Assembly: GCA_964291215.2 (NCBI GenBank)
Contig: OZ219791.1
Location: 1,088,001 to 1,152,000 of the forward strand
DNA from: Alphaproteobacteria bacterium
Lineage (GTDB): Bacteria; Pseudomonadota; Alphaproteobacteria; MPNO01; UBA830
Direction: 5' to 3'
Length of the DNA: 64,000 nucleotides
This document shows, piece after piece, positions 44,012-56,804 of the stretch; position 1 is the first letter of the stretch; each line of letters starts with the position of its first letter. The translations under genes and the position numbers were made by a program. The notes beneath the pieces were generated by a model that worked only from the letters and a program-made list of their open reading frames with translations, was not told the DNA's origin and made no database searches.

Positions 44012-47000
44012 GTGGCGGCAGCACGGCGGCTACGAACCGGGAGGCGCGAGAAAGACCGGCGCGGTCCCCGGATTGCCGCGCTCGAGTCGGCTGCAGCCGT
44101 GCACGTGCTGGTGCTGGACGGGGCCATGGGCACCATGATCCAGCGCCATGAGTTGGGTGAAGCCGACTTTCGTGGCACGCTCCATGCCGATCACGAGCAC
44201 GAACTCGTCGGCAACAACGATGTGCTCTCTCTCACTCGGCCGGAGATCATCCGCGACATCCACGCCGACTTCCTCGAAGCCGGCGCCGACATCGTCACCA
44301 CCAATACCTTCAATGCGAACCGCGTGTCGCAGGAGGATTACGGCCTTTCCAGCGCGGTGCGCGACCTCAATCTCGCCAGCGCCCGGATCGCGCGCGAGGC
44401 TGCTGACGCCGCGGCCAGCGCCGAGCGGCCCCGCTTCGTCGCTGGCGTGCTGGGGCCAACCAACAAGACCCTTTCGGTCTCGCCGGACGTGAACGACCCG
44501 GGAAAGCGCGCGATCGACTTCGCCACGCTCGGCGCTGCCTACCGCGAGGCGGCGGAAGCCCTGATAGAGGGCGGCGTCGACCTCATCCTCTTGGAGACGA
44601 TCTTCGACTCGCTGAATGCCAAGGCGGCGCTGGTTGCGCTGGACGAGATGTTCGAGGCCACCGGGACGCGGCTGCCGATCCTCATCTCTGGCACGGTCAC
44701 CGACCGCGCCGGCCGCATGCTCAACGGTCAGACGGTCGAGGGATTCTGGCTGACGATGGCCCATGCAGCGCCGTTCAGCATTGGGCTCAACTGCTCCTTC
44801 GGGGCGGCCGACATGCGCCCGCACCTCGCCGACTTGGCGCGGGTCGCCGAGACGCGAATCAGCGCCTATCCCAATGCGGGGCTTCCCAACGAGTTTGGCG
44901 GCTATGACGAAACCCCTGAGGAAACCGCTGCGCAGTTGGGCGACTGGGCCGAGGCCGGCCTCGTCAACCTGGTTGGCGGCTGTTGTGGCACTACGCCTGC
45001 GCATGTCGCCGCCATTGCTGACGCCGTCGCAGGCTATCCGCCGCGCGCCGTTTGCGCGAGCAGGCCCAGGCTCCGTCTCGCCGGTCTCGAGCCCTTCGAG
45101 AGCGGTGACGACGGCAGCAGCTTCATCAATATCGGCGAGCGCACCAACGTCACGGGTTCAGCACGATTCCGCAAGCTGATCACCGCCGGCGACTATCCGG
45201 CCGCACTGGAGGTTGCGCGCCAGCAGGTGGAAAACGGCGCCCAGATCATCGACGTCAATATGGATGAGGGCATGCTGGATTCCGAGGCCGCGATGTCCCG
45301 CTTTCTCAACCTGGTCGCGGCCGAGCCGGACATCGCGCGCGTGCCCGTGATGATCGATTCCTCGCACTGGGCCGTCATCGAGGCCGGCCTGCGAGCGGTG
45401 GTGGGAAAGCCGGTGGTCAATTCCATCAGCCTCAAGGAGGGAGAAGCGCCGTTCTTCGAACAGGCGCGGCTGGTGAAGCGTTACGGTGCGGCCGTGGTGG
45501 TCATGGCCTTCGACGAGCAGGGGCAGGCGGAGACCGCTGAACGGAAGCTCGCGATCTGCGAGCGTGCCTACCGGCTCCTTACCGAGCGGGCCGGTTTTGC
45601 CCCCGCTGATATCATTTTCGATCCCAACATTTTCGCTGTCGCCACCGGAATTGCCGACCACGACGACTACGCCCGCGCGTTCGTCGAGGCCGCGCGCCGG
45701 ATCAAGGCCAGATGGCCGCATGTCCATGTCTCGGGCGGGGTTTCGAACGTTTCCTTCGCATTCCGCGGGAACAACATTGTCCGCGAGGCGATGCACGCGG
45801 CTTTCCTCTATCACGCGATCGGCGCCGGCATGGGCATGGGTATCGTCAACGCCGGTCAGCTCGCGGTCTACGAGGATATTCCGGACCCACTCAGGGACGC
45901 AGTCGAGGATGTGCTGCTCAACCGCCGCTCCGACGCGACCGAGCGCCTGCTCGCGGTCGCTGAGCGCTACCGCGACGCGGGCGCAAATGCCGATGCCGCG
46001 AGCGGCGAGAGCGCCTGGCGCGAGCAGGATGTGGACGGCAGGCTCCGCTACGCCCTCGTGCATGGCATCGCCGATCACATCGTCGGAGACACCGAGGAGG
46101 CCCGGCAGGCAGCCAGCCGTGCGCTCGCGGTAATCGAGGGACCGCTGATGGACGGCATGAACATCGTCGGCGATCTCTTCGGCGCCGGCAAGATGTTCTT
46201 GCCGCAAGTCGTCAAGAGCGCCCGCGTCATGAAGCAGGCGGTCGCCCATCTGGTGCCCTTCATCGAGGCGGAGAAGCGCGAAGGCGGTGCGGCGCCGAAA
46301 TCCTCGGGCAAGATCGTCACTGCCACGGTCAAGGGCGACGTACACGACATCGGCAAGAACATCGTGGGAGTGGTGCTCCGCTGCAACAACTTCGAGGTCG
46401 TCGACCTCGGAGTCATGGTGCCGGCGGCGCAGATTCTCGATACCGCCAGGGAGGAGAAGGCGGACCTGATCGGGGTCTCGGGGCTGATCACGCCGAGTCT
46501 GGACCAGATGTGCCGGCTTGCCGCCGAGATGGAACGCCAGGGTTTCGACATCCCGCTCCTGATCGGCGGCGCGACCACCAGCCGCATGCACACCGCCGTA
46601 AAGATCGCGCCTGGCTACGGGGGGCCCGTGGTGCATGTGGCGGACGCGTCGAAGGCCGTGGGCGTCGCCGGAGCGCTTATCAGTGCCGAGCGGCGCCAGG
46701 CTTTCGTCGCCGATGTGCGCGAGCGCTACGACGCGATGCGCAAGGCGTACGGGCGCGGCCAGTCGGGCAAGCGGTTGCTCTCCCTGGCCGAGGCGCGCGC
46801 CAACCGGGTGCGGCCCGACTGGCGGCGTTACCGCGCGCCGGCTCCGCGCTTCACGGGGGTTCAAATCATCGCCGATGTGACGGTCGCCGATCTCATCCCC
46901 TATATCGACTGGACGCCCTTCTTCCGAAGCTGGGAACTGGTGGGTACCTACCCCGTGATCCTCGATGACGAGACGGTGGGCGATGCAGCGCGGTCGCTCT

Positions 47001-47767
47001 TCGACGACGCGCGTGTCATGCTCGACCGCATCGTGACCGAGGGCGCGTTTGCACCGCGGGCCGCCGTCGGCTTCTGGCGCGCTTGCAGCGTGGATGACGA
47101 TATCGCGCTGTTTGCGGACGACAGCCGCGAGAGTCCCATCGCCACGCTGCACACGCTGCGCCAGCAGATGGCGCGCGATCGCGAGCGTCCGAACCACGCG
47201 CTCGCGGACTTCGTCGCGCCGCAGGGATCAGGCGTGGACGACCATGTCGGCGGGTTCGCGGTTACCGTCGGTGATGGCGTGGAGCGGTTGGCGGAAAGCC
47301 ATGAGCGGGCGCACGACGATTACGGCGCCATCATGATCAAGGCCCTTGGCGACCGGCTGGCGGAGGCCTTCGCGGAGTACCTGCATAAGCGCACACGCAA
47401 GGAGTTCTGGGGCTACGCGCCCAGCGAGGCCTTGGCCAACGACGAGTTGATCGGGGAGCGTTACCGCGGCATCAGGCCGGCTCCCGGCTATCCCGCCTGT
47501 CCCGACCACAGCGAGAAGCGCACCATCTTCGCGCTGCTGGGGGCCGAGGCGCACGCTGGCCTGCAACTTACCGAAAGCTGCGCCATGTCGCCGGCGTCGT
47601 CGGTGTGCGGCCTCTATTTCAGCCACCCGGAGAGCACATATTTCGGGGTCGGCAAGCTCGGTCGCGATCAAGTTGCCGACTACGCGCGACGCAAGGGCGC
47701 CTCCCTTGAGGAAACCGAGACATGGCTCTCGCCGAATCTTGCCTACGACCCGGACTCCTCGCTCTGA
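44012..47767 (+). CDS. metH: Cobalamin-dependent methionine synthase
   Basis: '[10 protein letters not shown]', 'GGCCGTTP', '[10 protein letters not shown]', B12 motif '[10 protein letters not shown]', '[12 protein letters not shown]'. Confidence 0.97.
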   Translation: MAAARRLRTGRREKDRRGPRIAALESAAAVHVLVLDGAMGTMIQRHELGEADFRGTLHADHEHELVGNNDVLSLTRPEIIRDIHADFLEAGADIVTTNTFNANRVSQEDYGLSSAVRDLNLASARIAREAADAAASAERPRFVAGVLGPTNKTLSVSPDVNDPGKRAIDFATLGAAYREAAEALIEGGVDLILLETIFDSLNAKAALVALDEMFEATGTRLPILISGTVTDRAGRMLNGQTVEGFWLTMAHAAPFSIGLNCSFGAADMRPHLADLARVAETRISAYPNAGLPNEFGGYDETPEETAAQLGDWAEAGLVNLVGGCCGTTPAHVAAIADAVAGYPPRAVCASRPRLRLAGLEPFESGDDGSSFINIGERTNVTGSARFRKLITAGDYPAALEVARQQVENGAQIIDVNMDEGMLDSEAAMSRFLNLVAAEPDIARVPVMIDSSHWAVIEAGLRAVVGKPVVNSISLKEGEAPFFEQARLVKRYGAAVVVMAFDEQGQAETAERKLAICERAYRLLTERAGFAPADIIFDPNIFAVATGIADHDDYARAFVEAARRIKARWPHVHVSGGVSNVSFAFRGNNIVREAMHAAFLYHAIGAGMGMGIVNAGQLAVYEDIPDPLRDAVEDVLLNRRSDATERLLAVAERYRDAGANADAASGESAWREQDVDGRLRYALVHGIADHIVGDTEEARQAASRALAVIEGPLMDGMNIVGDLFGAGKMFLPQVVKSARVMKQAVAHLVPFIEAEKREGGAAPKSSGKIVTATVKGDVHDIGKNIVGVVLRCNNFEVVDLGVMVPAAQILDTAREEKADLIGVSGLITPSLDQMCRLAAEMERQGFDIPLLIGGATTSRMHTAVKIAPGYGGPVVHVADASKAVGVAGALISAERRQAFVADVRERYDAMRKAYGRGQSGKRLLSLAEARANRVRPDWRRYRAPAPRFTGVQIIADVTVADLIPYIDWTPFFRSWELVGTYPVILDDETVGDAARSLFDDARVMLDRIVTEGAFAPRAAVGFWRACSVDDDIALFADDSRESPIATLHTLRQQMARDRERPNHALADFVAPQGSGVDDHVGGFAVTVGDGVERLAESHERAHDDYGAIMIKALGDRLAEAFAEYLHKRTRKEFWGYAPSEALANDELIGERYRGIRPAPGYPACPDHSEKRTIFALLGAEAHAGLQLTESCAMSPASSVCGLYFSHPESTYFGVGKLGRDQVADYARRKGASLEETETWLSPNLAYDPDSSL

Positions 47768-47845
47768 TCCGGGAGGGGCCGACAGCCCGGGGTTGCGGGA
47801 TGGTTTCGGCGCGGTTTCCGACACCGTCCATAGATTGACGATCCT

Positions 47846-48080
47846 CTATCCCGCTGCATCGACACTTTTGTTTACCAACAGCCGCCAGTCCTTCGACTGC
47901 AGCGCGCCCACGGTATCCGCGCCGGGCAGGAGCTTGGTATAGTAGCGCGCAGGCTGTCGCACATGTTCCTTGAGCAGCACCGCCCTGTTTTTGGCTCCGA
48001 CATGCTCCAGGAGATAGCCGAGACGTTGCGCCCAGAGTACTGGTGCGGACTGCGAAGACTCGACGGCTGTTCTCTTCATG
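47846..48080 (-). pseudogene. AbiEi-like (type IV TA) antitoxin C-terminal fragment
   Basis: 'APVLWAQRLGYLLEHVG...WRLLVN'; 5' part missing. Confidence 0.5.
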
Positions 48081-48123
48081 GGGCTTGCACCTTCATCGAG
48101 AGTTTCGAGACGACTCTCCCGCC

Positions 48124-49903
48124 CTAGAGTTTTTTTGAGACACCGCCTAAGTTGATCCAAATGAGGCTATGCATCGGACCGACGAGAGGCATCGCGTGAA
48201 AAAGAGGACTCCGCCCGCTGTTCCGCTCTGCGGTGTGACCCGCCTGATACAGCCCGAGGGCTGGGTTGATTTATGATAACCATGTGAGGAACCCATTGTT
48301 CGGAGTTCGGAAGATGACGATAGCACGGTCTGCTGGCGAGGTCCTTGAGAATCGCGTGACGCTTAAGTGTCTGGACCGGCTGTACCTCAACGCCTATGTG
48401 CCGATGCTGCAGACGGGCGGTGGCGTGGCCTGGTTCTTTCGGGAAGTCAGGGGCAATCCTGTTCCGTCATCGGCCCTGATGGCGCCGATAACACGGCGGT
48501 TTGTGATGCACCTGGAGCGGTTTGCCCGGGACCAAGGTGTCGACCTTGTCAGCTTCAGGAAGGGGGAGCGCAAGGACGATGTGACACAGAAGTATTTTTG
48601 CCTGTGGTCTGGTGGTGAAGGTTTCCTTTACAGTCGGCAAGGCCCAGGAGAAGGCCCGTGTCCTGCGCACGCAGAAGCGCGTTGATTCGGCGACGGGCAG
48701 GGCGTCTTGCGAACTGGTCCACAGCACGGCGATGGTCAATGCCTGGTACATCTACATCGTGGACGACGATTTCGGTCCCTGCTTCATCAAGTTCTGTTCC
48801 TACTTCCCGTACAACGCCAAGCTGTTCCTCAATGGTCACGAATACCTGAAGCTGGGCAAGTGCGGGGTGGCCTTCGAGGCTCTCGACAACGGCATCCTGA
48901 GCTGTGCCGACCCTCGGATCATGCAGGCCGGGGAGATCGATGCCTCACGGTGCGTTGTCCGCAAGTGGACGGCATGGCTTCCCCATCCTTTCACCGACGA
49001 GGACGCGATGAGGGGCATCCGCCTGTCGATTCTCCAAGCGGAGTGTGCGCTCACACAGGTGTTTGACTTGTCCTCTTCACGGCCGGATCGAGAAGATCAT
49101 GCGCGAGAACCTCGACATCGGCCGTCTCGACCATGTGCAGTTGATCTTCAACCGCCGTAGGCGGACCACCTCGCGGTTCAGAATCCGCATTATCACCGAC
49201 GGCGTACAGCCGTCGCTGCATGTGGAGCATTCGCGTATCAAGCAGTACTTCAAGGAAGGCCGTGCCGCCCTGCGAACGGAGATGGTGATCAAAACACCTA
49301 CGACTTCGGTATCAAGCGCAGACTGATCAACCTCGATGACCTCAAGGAGGTCGGCTTCCACACCACCCGACGCCTTCTCGACATCCAGCGTATTAGTCAC
49401 GATTGTCCGATCGGAGCAACCATCCTCGATGCCCTGCATCAATCTGTCGTCGTTAACGACCACCGGGTGTCTGCCCTGCGCTTCGGGGGTCCACGCATCC
49501 AGGCGGTCCTCGCAGCCATCCTGCTGCATGTCTTCCTCCCCATGAGCTTCAACAACCGCTAGATGAGAGAGTTCGTTGCCGATCTCCTGTCGACCGACAC
49601 TTATGGCTCACCACCTATTACCTGCGGCGCCTGCGGGGCATCATTAAGAGGATACCGTCATCGCTATCGTCTGACGCAAACCGGGCAGAGGATCGCTCTT
49701 GCGTATTGCCGCATCCACCGGCAGACACTCAGCCCTGACGGCGGCCTTCGATGACAAGGTGCCGCCCAGGCTCGGACGTATCCTCCACTCGCTCGATCAC
49801 GAGGTCAGCAAACTCTGGGAGGGACAGGCCCTTGCCGCCTGAATATGTCCATGATGAAGACTTGGCTTATCTGTGCACTATTAGCTTCATTCAAGGATTC
49901 TAG
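48124..49903 (+). mobile_element. Degraded unclassified mobile element encoding a Rep-like putative transposase
   Basis: Frameshifted ORF from ATG 48314: 'CLDRLYLNAYVP', 'GERKDD', 'KAQEKA', 'DDDFGPCFIKFCSYFPY', 'IKQYFKEGR..LRTE'; bounded by CTAG-containing inverted repeats at 48120-48137 and 49891-49907. Confidence 0.6.
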
Positions 49904-51794
49904 GGCGCTACAGGATCCAGAAAGCGCAGCCCTCCTGCCATCGTGGTGAAAGGAGAGACCGGGGCGGTCAGAGCCTTAACCTGTACGGTCACGATGTCCA
50001 GATCGTGGTACTTCTGGTGCAGGCGGAGCGAGACTTCCCGCCTAGCTGCCCGGTCTCGTCGGCCTGCGCGACCACCTCGATTATCTGCTCATTTGCTTCT
50101 GCTACAGCTCCCTTGCCGAGCGAAGGCAGGTCACAGCCACCAACGCCACCGAACGAAAGTTATGGAAGGCTCGAAGACAAACTTGGCCCATGGGCACCTC
50201 CCAGGACAAGGCCTCAACAGACCGCTTTCCCTGCGCGGTCGCCATCTTCGAAGCCAAAGCTTAGGAAAGCATTCCCCCGTCTCCCCGACGCATCAGTCCT
50301 GACGTTCCGACCAAGGTGATCCCATGCTTGTTGATGTGATGTGATCGGAGTCCTGATCGCGGCGCGGGTCGACGCGTTCGAGGCTGCGATTTTGAGATTG
50401 CTGACGCGCTGTTGCGGCGCGGGGCGCGATTGGTCGGCGTATCCGGGGCGAGCAAGAGGCCTTGGTTGCCGGGCTTGAAAGCTTGCGGTTTCTGTCGGGG
50501 AGAGAGGCGCGGTCAGCCTGGTCTTGTGATTGCGTGCAGGACCTGCTTGCGCTTGTCGGCATGGTGGGAAGCTGTTGAAGGGTTTGGGCAGCTTGCGCTT
50601 GTTGTGGATGATGATTGCGAGGGTGATCGCGTTGTTTGCGGGCGCGTTCGGAGCATGGAGTCGTCTTCGCGGAAGGTGGCGTCGCGGACATGATGATGGC
50701 TCTCGACTACCCGGTGTCCACGATTCCATGCGAGCAACTGTTGCGGCGAGGCGCGCTCGACCGAGCATCCATGTTTCTTGGCAAGGTTTTTGCGGGTGTC
50801 TGTGGTGATGTTTTCTGTGGTTGTCCACAAGCGGTGTGGGATTTGCTCTGCGAGCGAGGCGACATGAAGCTTGTGGTCCCGGCGGCGGGTTGCCGTCCAT
50901 TGGTCACGTGAACGCGGCTACCTTGCCGTCCCCGGGCACGTGACCGTCCGGGTTCCAGGTGTCCCAAGGCGGTTCGATCTCCTCGATGTCGACCTCGACG
51001 ATGATCTGCAGACATTCTCCCCAAGTCGTGTCGTAGAGGGAGACTGTCGAGACAGTCCCGATCGCGCTCTCGGCAGGGCCGTGTCTCCTTCGCTCACTCA
51101 CCGGTGCTTCGGTCGACAAGCAACGCTGCTGTCGCAGCAAGGTGTTCGCCAGAGCTTGCGCATCACGGCGACAATCGCGACCTTGCTTGCCGGCGGTCTT
51201 GAGGCGCACCAGGTCCGCGTTGAAGCTTGCGGCCAGGAGATCACGTGGCCTGCCCGCCACGGATGTGCCGAGCACCGTGGTCGTTGGCGCCACCCCGATC
51301 AAGGCTGCCGACGCTGCCGAGTTCGGGCATCCAGCAAAGAAAAGCCGTGGCGGTCACCGGATCGAGGTCAGGATGGCGTAGCTCTGCTCGGGATCACCGG
51401 CGATCACCGCTTTGATCGCCGCGCCGGCGGTCATCGAGATCGGCCGCCGAGGCCCTTGTGACGGTCTCGCCATCCACCTCATCTGCCACGCGTCGACAAG
51501 CGCGGCACCAGGAGATCCTCCAGGCTCTTGAGGAAGGCGGAGCCACAGGCTCACCGTGCCGATCCTGGCGTCGACGCGGTTGGCCCATCGCCTCGGCGAA
51601 GCGCCCGCAACGGGTTGACGAGAATAACCTCGAAGCCCCGGTCATGAAGACACTGGTGAACCTTGCGGTGATAGCGGCCTGTCGCCCACCACCCGGCTCA
51701 CCCCGAGGCCGCGAAGCCACCTGCCCGTGGCGTTGTTCGCAAAACAATGCGCCAGATGTCCAGACTGGCTGACCCCTGCTACTACCTTGACCAT

Positions 51795-52059
51795 CGTCCC
51801 TTGCTCCTCGCCTTACGATGGGTTCAAACCCAGGCGTCCAGCGAGGGACGTCAAGGGAGGTTGCCAAACTCGGTCGCGGCTCTGTCAAGGCCAAGGTCAA
51901 AACGGCAACCTCCGCGGAGATCGTTTGATCCCCGCTCCCCTGTGCATGTTCGCTCAGGGGAGTGGAATCTCTCTGCAACCATAGCTCTCCCACAGATCCA
52001 CATTTTCCCGCCCCCAACTGCTGTGGATGATTTCATCATCAAGGGGACAAAACCTAGTC
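51795..52059 (-). ncRNA. Candidate IS110 bridge RNA (copy B)
   Basis: Stem GGAGGTTGCC/GGCAACCTCC encloses guides TGACCT and CGACCGAG matching this copy's target; donor loop partly degraded. Confidence 0.7.
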
Positions 52060-53583
52060 GTATCTACTCACCCCTTGTTGGGTTCTGATTGGCCATAGTG
52101 CTCGTTGATGATGTCTGCGGCTTTTCCGTCGAGGGCGATCTGGGTGGCGACGAGTGGGTTGTAGCCGAGTGCGGCCATGGAGGTGAGGTAGCTTGAGCCC
52201 CGGCACCATGCTTTCGCGTGGAGCGGAAGCATCCGGACACCTTGAGCTTTGCCATCCTGATCTTCTGTTCTCCGGCATTGTTGGTGAAGCTGATGTCGGG
52301 GTCGTCTGTGAAGCGCAGGTTTTCGTGTTTCACGAGACGTTCGTGCAGGTTGTGCGCGTCGGACTTGCGTCCACGTTTTCCTTTCGGCGGGATGTCGGGC
52401 AGTTCCCTGGCACCCTGATGGTGCGGTAGCGCTTGCGCACGGCCCGGCGTCGTTCAGGGTTCTGGATGCGCTCTTGTTGACCTTGTGGCAGACCTCGCGG
52501 AGCAGGCCCTTCATCAGTCGCGCGGTAGCCTCGACGACAAAGGTCAGTTCGCGCAGCAGGTGGCTGCCGCACAGCTGGTGGCTACACTGGCCCATGTACG
52601 AGGCCCAGGACGCCCTTGTAGCACGGGCCGATCTCTTGCCCGCGCTTGCGGTGCGGGAACTTGCACGTCAGGGTCCCACGACATGGAGCCACTTACTGTT
52701 GATCCGAAATCGTCGACATCGGGCGTTGCAGGAGGTGCGCCACGGCGGCCTCCTCCCATGACGCATCGTGAAAGCATAGCCGAGGCAGGTTGCCTCGGAG
52801 AGCTTGATGCCGGAGATCGCCTGCACGAACGCGACGGTACGGCGCAGGGGCAGCATTTGGGCGACCAGCAGGTTGATGACGAGGACCTGAATGCCGATGC
52901 CGTACTGCACGGGATGTTGTCGGGGAACTGGCCCCGGGCCTTGCACTTCGGGCATTCCTTGATCTCGGCGCGGCGCTCGACGACCTCGAACACGATGTCG
53001 TGCGGCGCTCCCGATCGACGGGGCCGTCGATGTCAGCGCCGCAGGCGTCGCAGGCCGCGACCGTTTCCTCGACGATGGTCTTGCGCAGGTTGTCGCCCAT
53101 CTGCCGGTTCGGCTTCGGGCCCTTGCCGTTGCTTCCGGCACGCTCTCGTCCTTGTCCGTCTGTGACGGCGGCAGACCGGAGTTCCGGCTCGTGCGTAGTC
53201 TTCTCCAGAAGGACGACGATGAGGATGTCGAGCAGGATGACGAAGACGCGGATCACGGCCTCTTCCGCCACCTTGCCGGCAGCGCCGCGATCCTGGCCGC
53301 TTCGAACTCCTCGCGCGCCGCCCGTCGCTATCACCCGGCCTTGCGCTTCATCAGCGCGCCGCCTCCGAGATGCGTTTCCACATACAGATCATGCGGAGGC
53401 TGGAGCCCCGGAAGCAGCTGGCACAGCCCGCTCGTCGCCTTCGATCCAAAGTAGCCCACTGGCGGTCCCCGTCGTTCTCGATGACCACCACTAAGCGAAT
53501 CGGCATGCAGTGTCAAATCTCCACGAAAACCCGTTCGTTGCTCTACCCCGACATCAAGCCGGAACCAGGGGGTGAGCAGTTAC
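52060..53583 (-). mobile_element. IS66-family non-autonomous element copy 5
   Basis: Same TIRs; 8-bp TSD ACCTAGTC (52052-52059, 53584-53591). Confidence 0.9.
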
Positions 53584-54867
53584 ACCTAGTCATATAAGGT
53601 CATGGCGTGTTCGGTTTTCCTGAATTCGACGTGCCGGGTGACGCGGAAGATCTGCTTGACTAGTTGATCATCTTCGCCAGCGGGGTGAAAATGGTGCGCT
53701 GGCGGCCATGCGCGGGCTTTTCGTTGTAGCGCTGGCGGTCTTCCAGTTGATGCTCTCTCGAAGGTGCGTTGCCCTTGACCATCAGTCCGCGCGATGGGTC
53801 TCGATGATCAGCCGCGCGGGTGGTGTGGAGCGCGTCGAGGGTGAGCAGACGGCCGTCGCGGCGTGGACGGCAGCGATCTCCCCGCCGTGACAGTTGAGGA
53901 TCGAATACCGGCCAGCGAGACCGTCTCGTAATGATCCTCGCCGGTGCGCTTGCCGTCGACCGCGTTGCCGACCTGCGGCTGCGCGCCGCGTCCTCAATCC
54001 ATCCCGGGTCGGTGTTCTGCAGCACCCGGTGCACGGTGGAGACCGGCTTGTCCCTGTTCTTCCACGCTGCTCCAGCTCCTTCTGCGTCGTAGTGCGCCGC
54101 CGCAACCGCGCCGGTTCGCAAGCCGCGCCATCACGCACAGTACCGAGGCGATGCCCCTGCGCGCGCCGGAAAGCGCCGCTGATAAATCGAGCGCAACTCC
54201 TGCGCCGACCAGCGGCGCCCGCAACTCCCACGCCACAGGAAGCGGCGAACGATCCCGCGTCACGACGCAGCGGAAACACGTAAAGATCCTTCGCCTTCCC
54301 GTGCCGATCGGTATAGCGCCCGCTGGCGCGCGCATGGCTCCTGCCAACGCACTCCCGGTTCGCCGCCTTGTCCATGGTGCCGCTGAACTTCGTCGGCGAG
54401 ACAAACTTCTCCGCAACAAGCAACGGCAGCCTCCCGGTCGCCGCCGCAACATCCGCGACAACGCAAACGAGGCCCGGAAACACTCGGCGACCACCAGGAA
54501 CAACAAACCTCGTGTTGTTCCCGGCAACCACCTGAACTGTTCCTCGCGGCACCAGCCAATCCAGCGGTCCCGCAGCCGAAGGCGCCCGTCTGCCAGCCCG
54601 CAGCGCCAATCCACCGCCCGCACCAAGTGAACACGTAGCGCAGACTTCGACCGGCAAACTGCTTGAAACCAAGATACGGTCAACGACATGATTCCAGCGA
54701 CATCAGGCCGCGCAAGGCGCACAACCACATCCCGGAGCGCAAAACCCTCCGGAGTCGTTTCAAAAAAATCCGCTGCCTCCACGACAACGGATACTACGCC
54801 GCTTCACAAAAAGCCAGCGAAAATGCGAATCATCCTGAACAAGCGAAACCGACCCTTCCAACAAACC

Positions 54868-56080
54868 TAGTAGTCTGGCATTATTAAATTGATGTATATA
54901 GAGACTTTAGTTTTGTCCGGGCATCCTTCGTCGTGAAACGCCAGTCGACGGTGACATCGGCCGCATTGCGCCGTTCCACCTACGCCGCCGTCTCCCGCCG
55001 CATGGTGTCTCTGTCGGGAATGCGTCGCCGAAGGCATTGCCGCGACAGCGCACCGATCTCGGCCATGTTGAGCCAGCTTCCGTGCTTCGGCGTGTAGCGA
55101 AACTCGAACCGCTTTCGTACCCGCCTCCTCGGGCTCGAAGGCTTCATACAGCGACTGTGCGTGTTCAGATTGTCCAGCACGATCTTCCTGTCGGGGAAAT
55201 GGTCGTCGGCAAGCTCCCGGATGAAGTGCGCCCAGTCCCGCGGCGGTCGGTGACTTTCACCGTGCGCCAGTTCTCGTTGGGCGCAAAGGCCATGAAGAGG
55301 TTGGCCGTGCCGTTGCGCTCATATTCATAGTCGACCACCTTCGGCTGACCGGGGGATGCGGGTTTCCTTCGTCTGCTGCCGGCTGGTCTCGCACACCAGC
55401 ACCTCGCCCCCGACAAAGTCCCGCTGATAAATGTCAAGCACGTCCGCCGCCACGAACTGTGCGCTCCGGTGCGGTGGAATGCACCAGTACTGCTTCAGCC
55501 ACGGCCTGATCTCTTTATTTTGAGCGTCTTCCTGACCGTCTCTTCCGAAATGCGCTCGACGATCTCCACCAGACGGCCGGCGAGCAGCGTCCACAGCCCT
55601 CGGGCGGGGACGAGACCAGCTTCGCCTCCATCGCCCCGTCCAGCCGTTTTGGCCGGCGGTTCACCTGCTCCTTGCGGCTGAGGGCGGCGTCCAGCCCCCG
55701 CAGCGCTTGCGCAAGCGCTCGACCGTCGCCGTGCCGATGCCCAGCGCAATGTCGGCATCGACAAGCGCCCCCTCAGCATCAGGATTTGTGCCCGGCGCCA
55801 GGCAGCCCCGGTGTCGTCGACAATCGCCTTCAGATCCCGGCGCTCCTGCGCCGAAAGGGTCACCCGGTAGAGTTTCCTGCCCTGAGAGTTGGCCATATGC
55901 GCCGCTCCTGTCATTGCCCCGAAGACCTGCGGGCATGCCCGTTGTCCGGACCTGCGCATGGCGCTGCGGCTGCCTGCCTGTTCGGCATCTTGCCCGTATC
56001 GGCACTGTCCGGATTCCAACGAACGCCGACACGAAAATACTACCCACCAAAACCATCAATACAATGCCGGTGTACTACTA
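54868..56080 (-). mobile_element. Degraded IS630-family element
   Basis: 'YRVTLSAQERRDL', 'DYEYERNGTANLFM', 'LDNLNTH', 'YTPKHGSWLNMAEI'; TAGTAGT...GGCATT inverted ends. Confidence 0.85.
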
Positions 56081-56303
56081 GCGTGGGATCGCCGTGCGTT
56101 CCCACATGACGGGGTTGCACTCGGCTGCTGTGCGAGCTATAAGTACATGCGATATGGCAGGATTGTGGTCGGCGCATGTGGCCGCAAACCTGTTGTACGG
56201 GAGGTTGAAGGCATGACCGAGACATCAGGGGATGTTGTGATGCGCGGACTGCCGTGGTCGTTCGGCTACAACGTGAGTGCCTCACGCGCGCGCGACCTTC
56301 GTA

Positions 56304-56320
56304 CCCCCCCCCCCCCCCCC
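56304..56320. repeat. Poly-C tract (17 nt)
   Basis: Uninterrupted C17 in an intergenic region. Confidence 0.85.
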
Positions 56321-56804
56321 GATTTCGGACGCTGGACTGTATCGGCGGATGACCTTGGGAAAATATCCCGTCGCCTGAGCGCAAACCTCTCGGTCAGGGA
56401 GCCGGCCACGCAGGCGCACCACTTCCCTGACCTGCTTCGACGGGAACACGGCGGCTCACGCCACGCCGTCGGGTGCCGTTGCTTCAGGACCGAAGCTCTT
56501 TCACCTCAGACAACCGGGGTCGCACGGCCCTCGGCGAGCATTCGTTCCCTGGCATTCAAGCCTATGGAGCGGGATGGTTCACGCCCGCGCTGCGTCGGAA
56601 GCCACTCCATGGCAAGCCCCCCGGCGGGTTCTGACACCCCCCTCATCCATCGTCTAAAAACACATGGTCACAGCCCATCATGTGTTGCATTTCACTATGG
56701 AACGGGGGCTGGAAAATGGCATGGCGGTGACCAGTTTCGCGTATCGTCGTCATTTAGTTATCTGCAACCACGGACGACTTGTCCGTCAAAGAAAGGTGAT
56801 TTCC

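Larger units (their letters stand above)
50764..53598 (-). mobile_element. IS110-family element copy B
   Basis: AG (CT core) at 50764-50765 and 53597-53598; same ends as copy A; transposase remnant about 51110-51794. Confidence 0.85.
50316..54870 (-). mobile_element. Degraded DUF4338-ISAs1 element hosting nested IS110 copy B and IS66 copy 5
   Basis: C-terminal 'WNRGH..ESHHHVRDATFREDDS' (50340-50763), middle 'QIFRVTR', N-terminal DUF4338 part to 54870; halves rejoin in frame. Confidence 0.75.
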
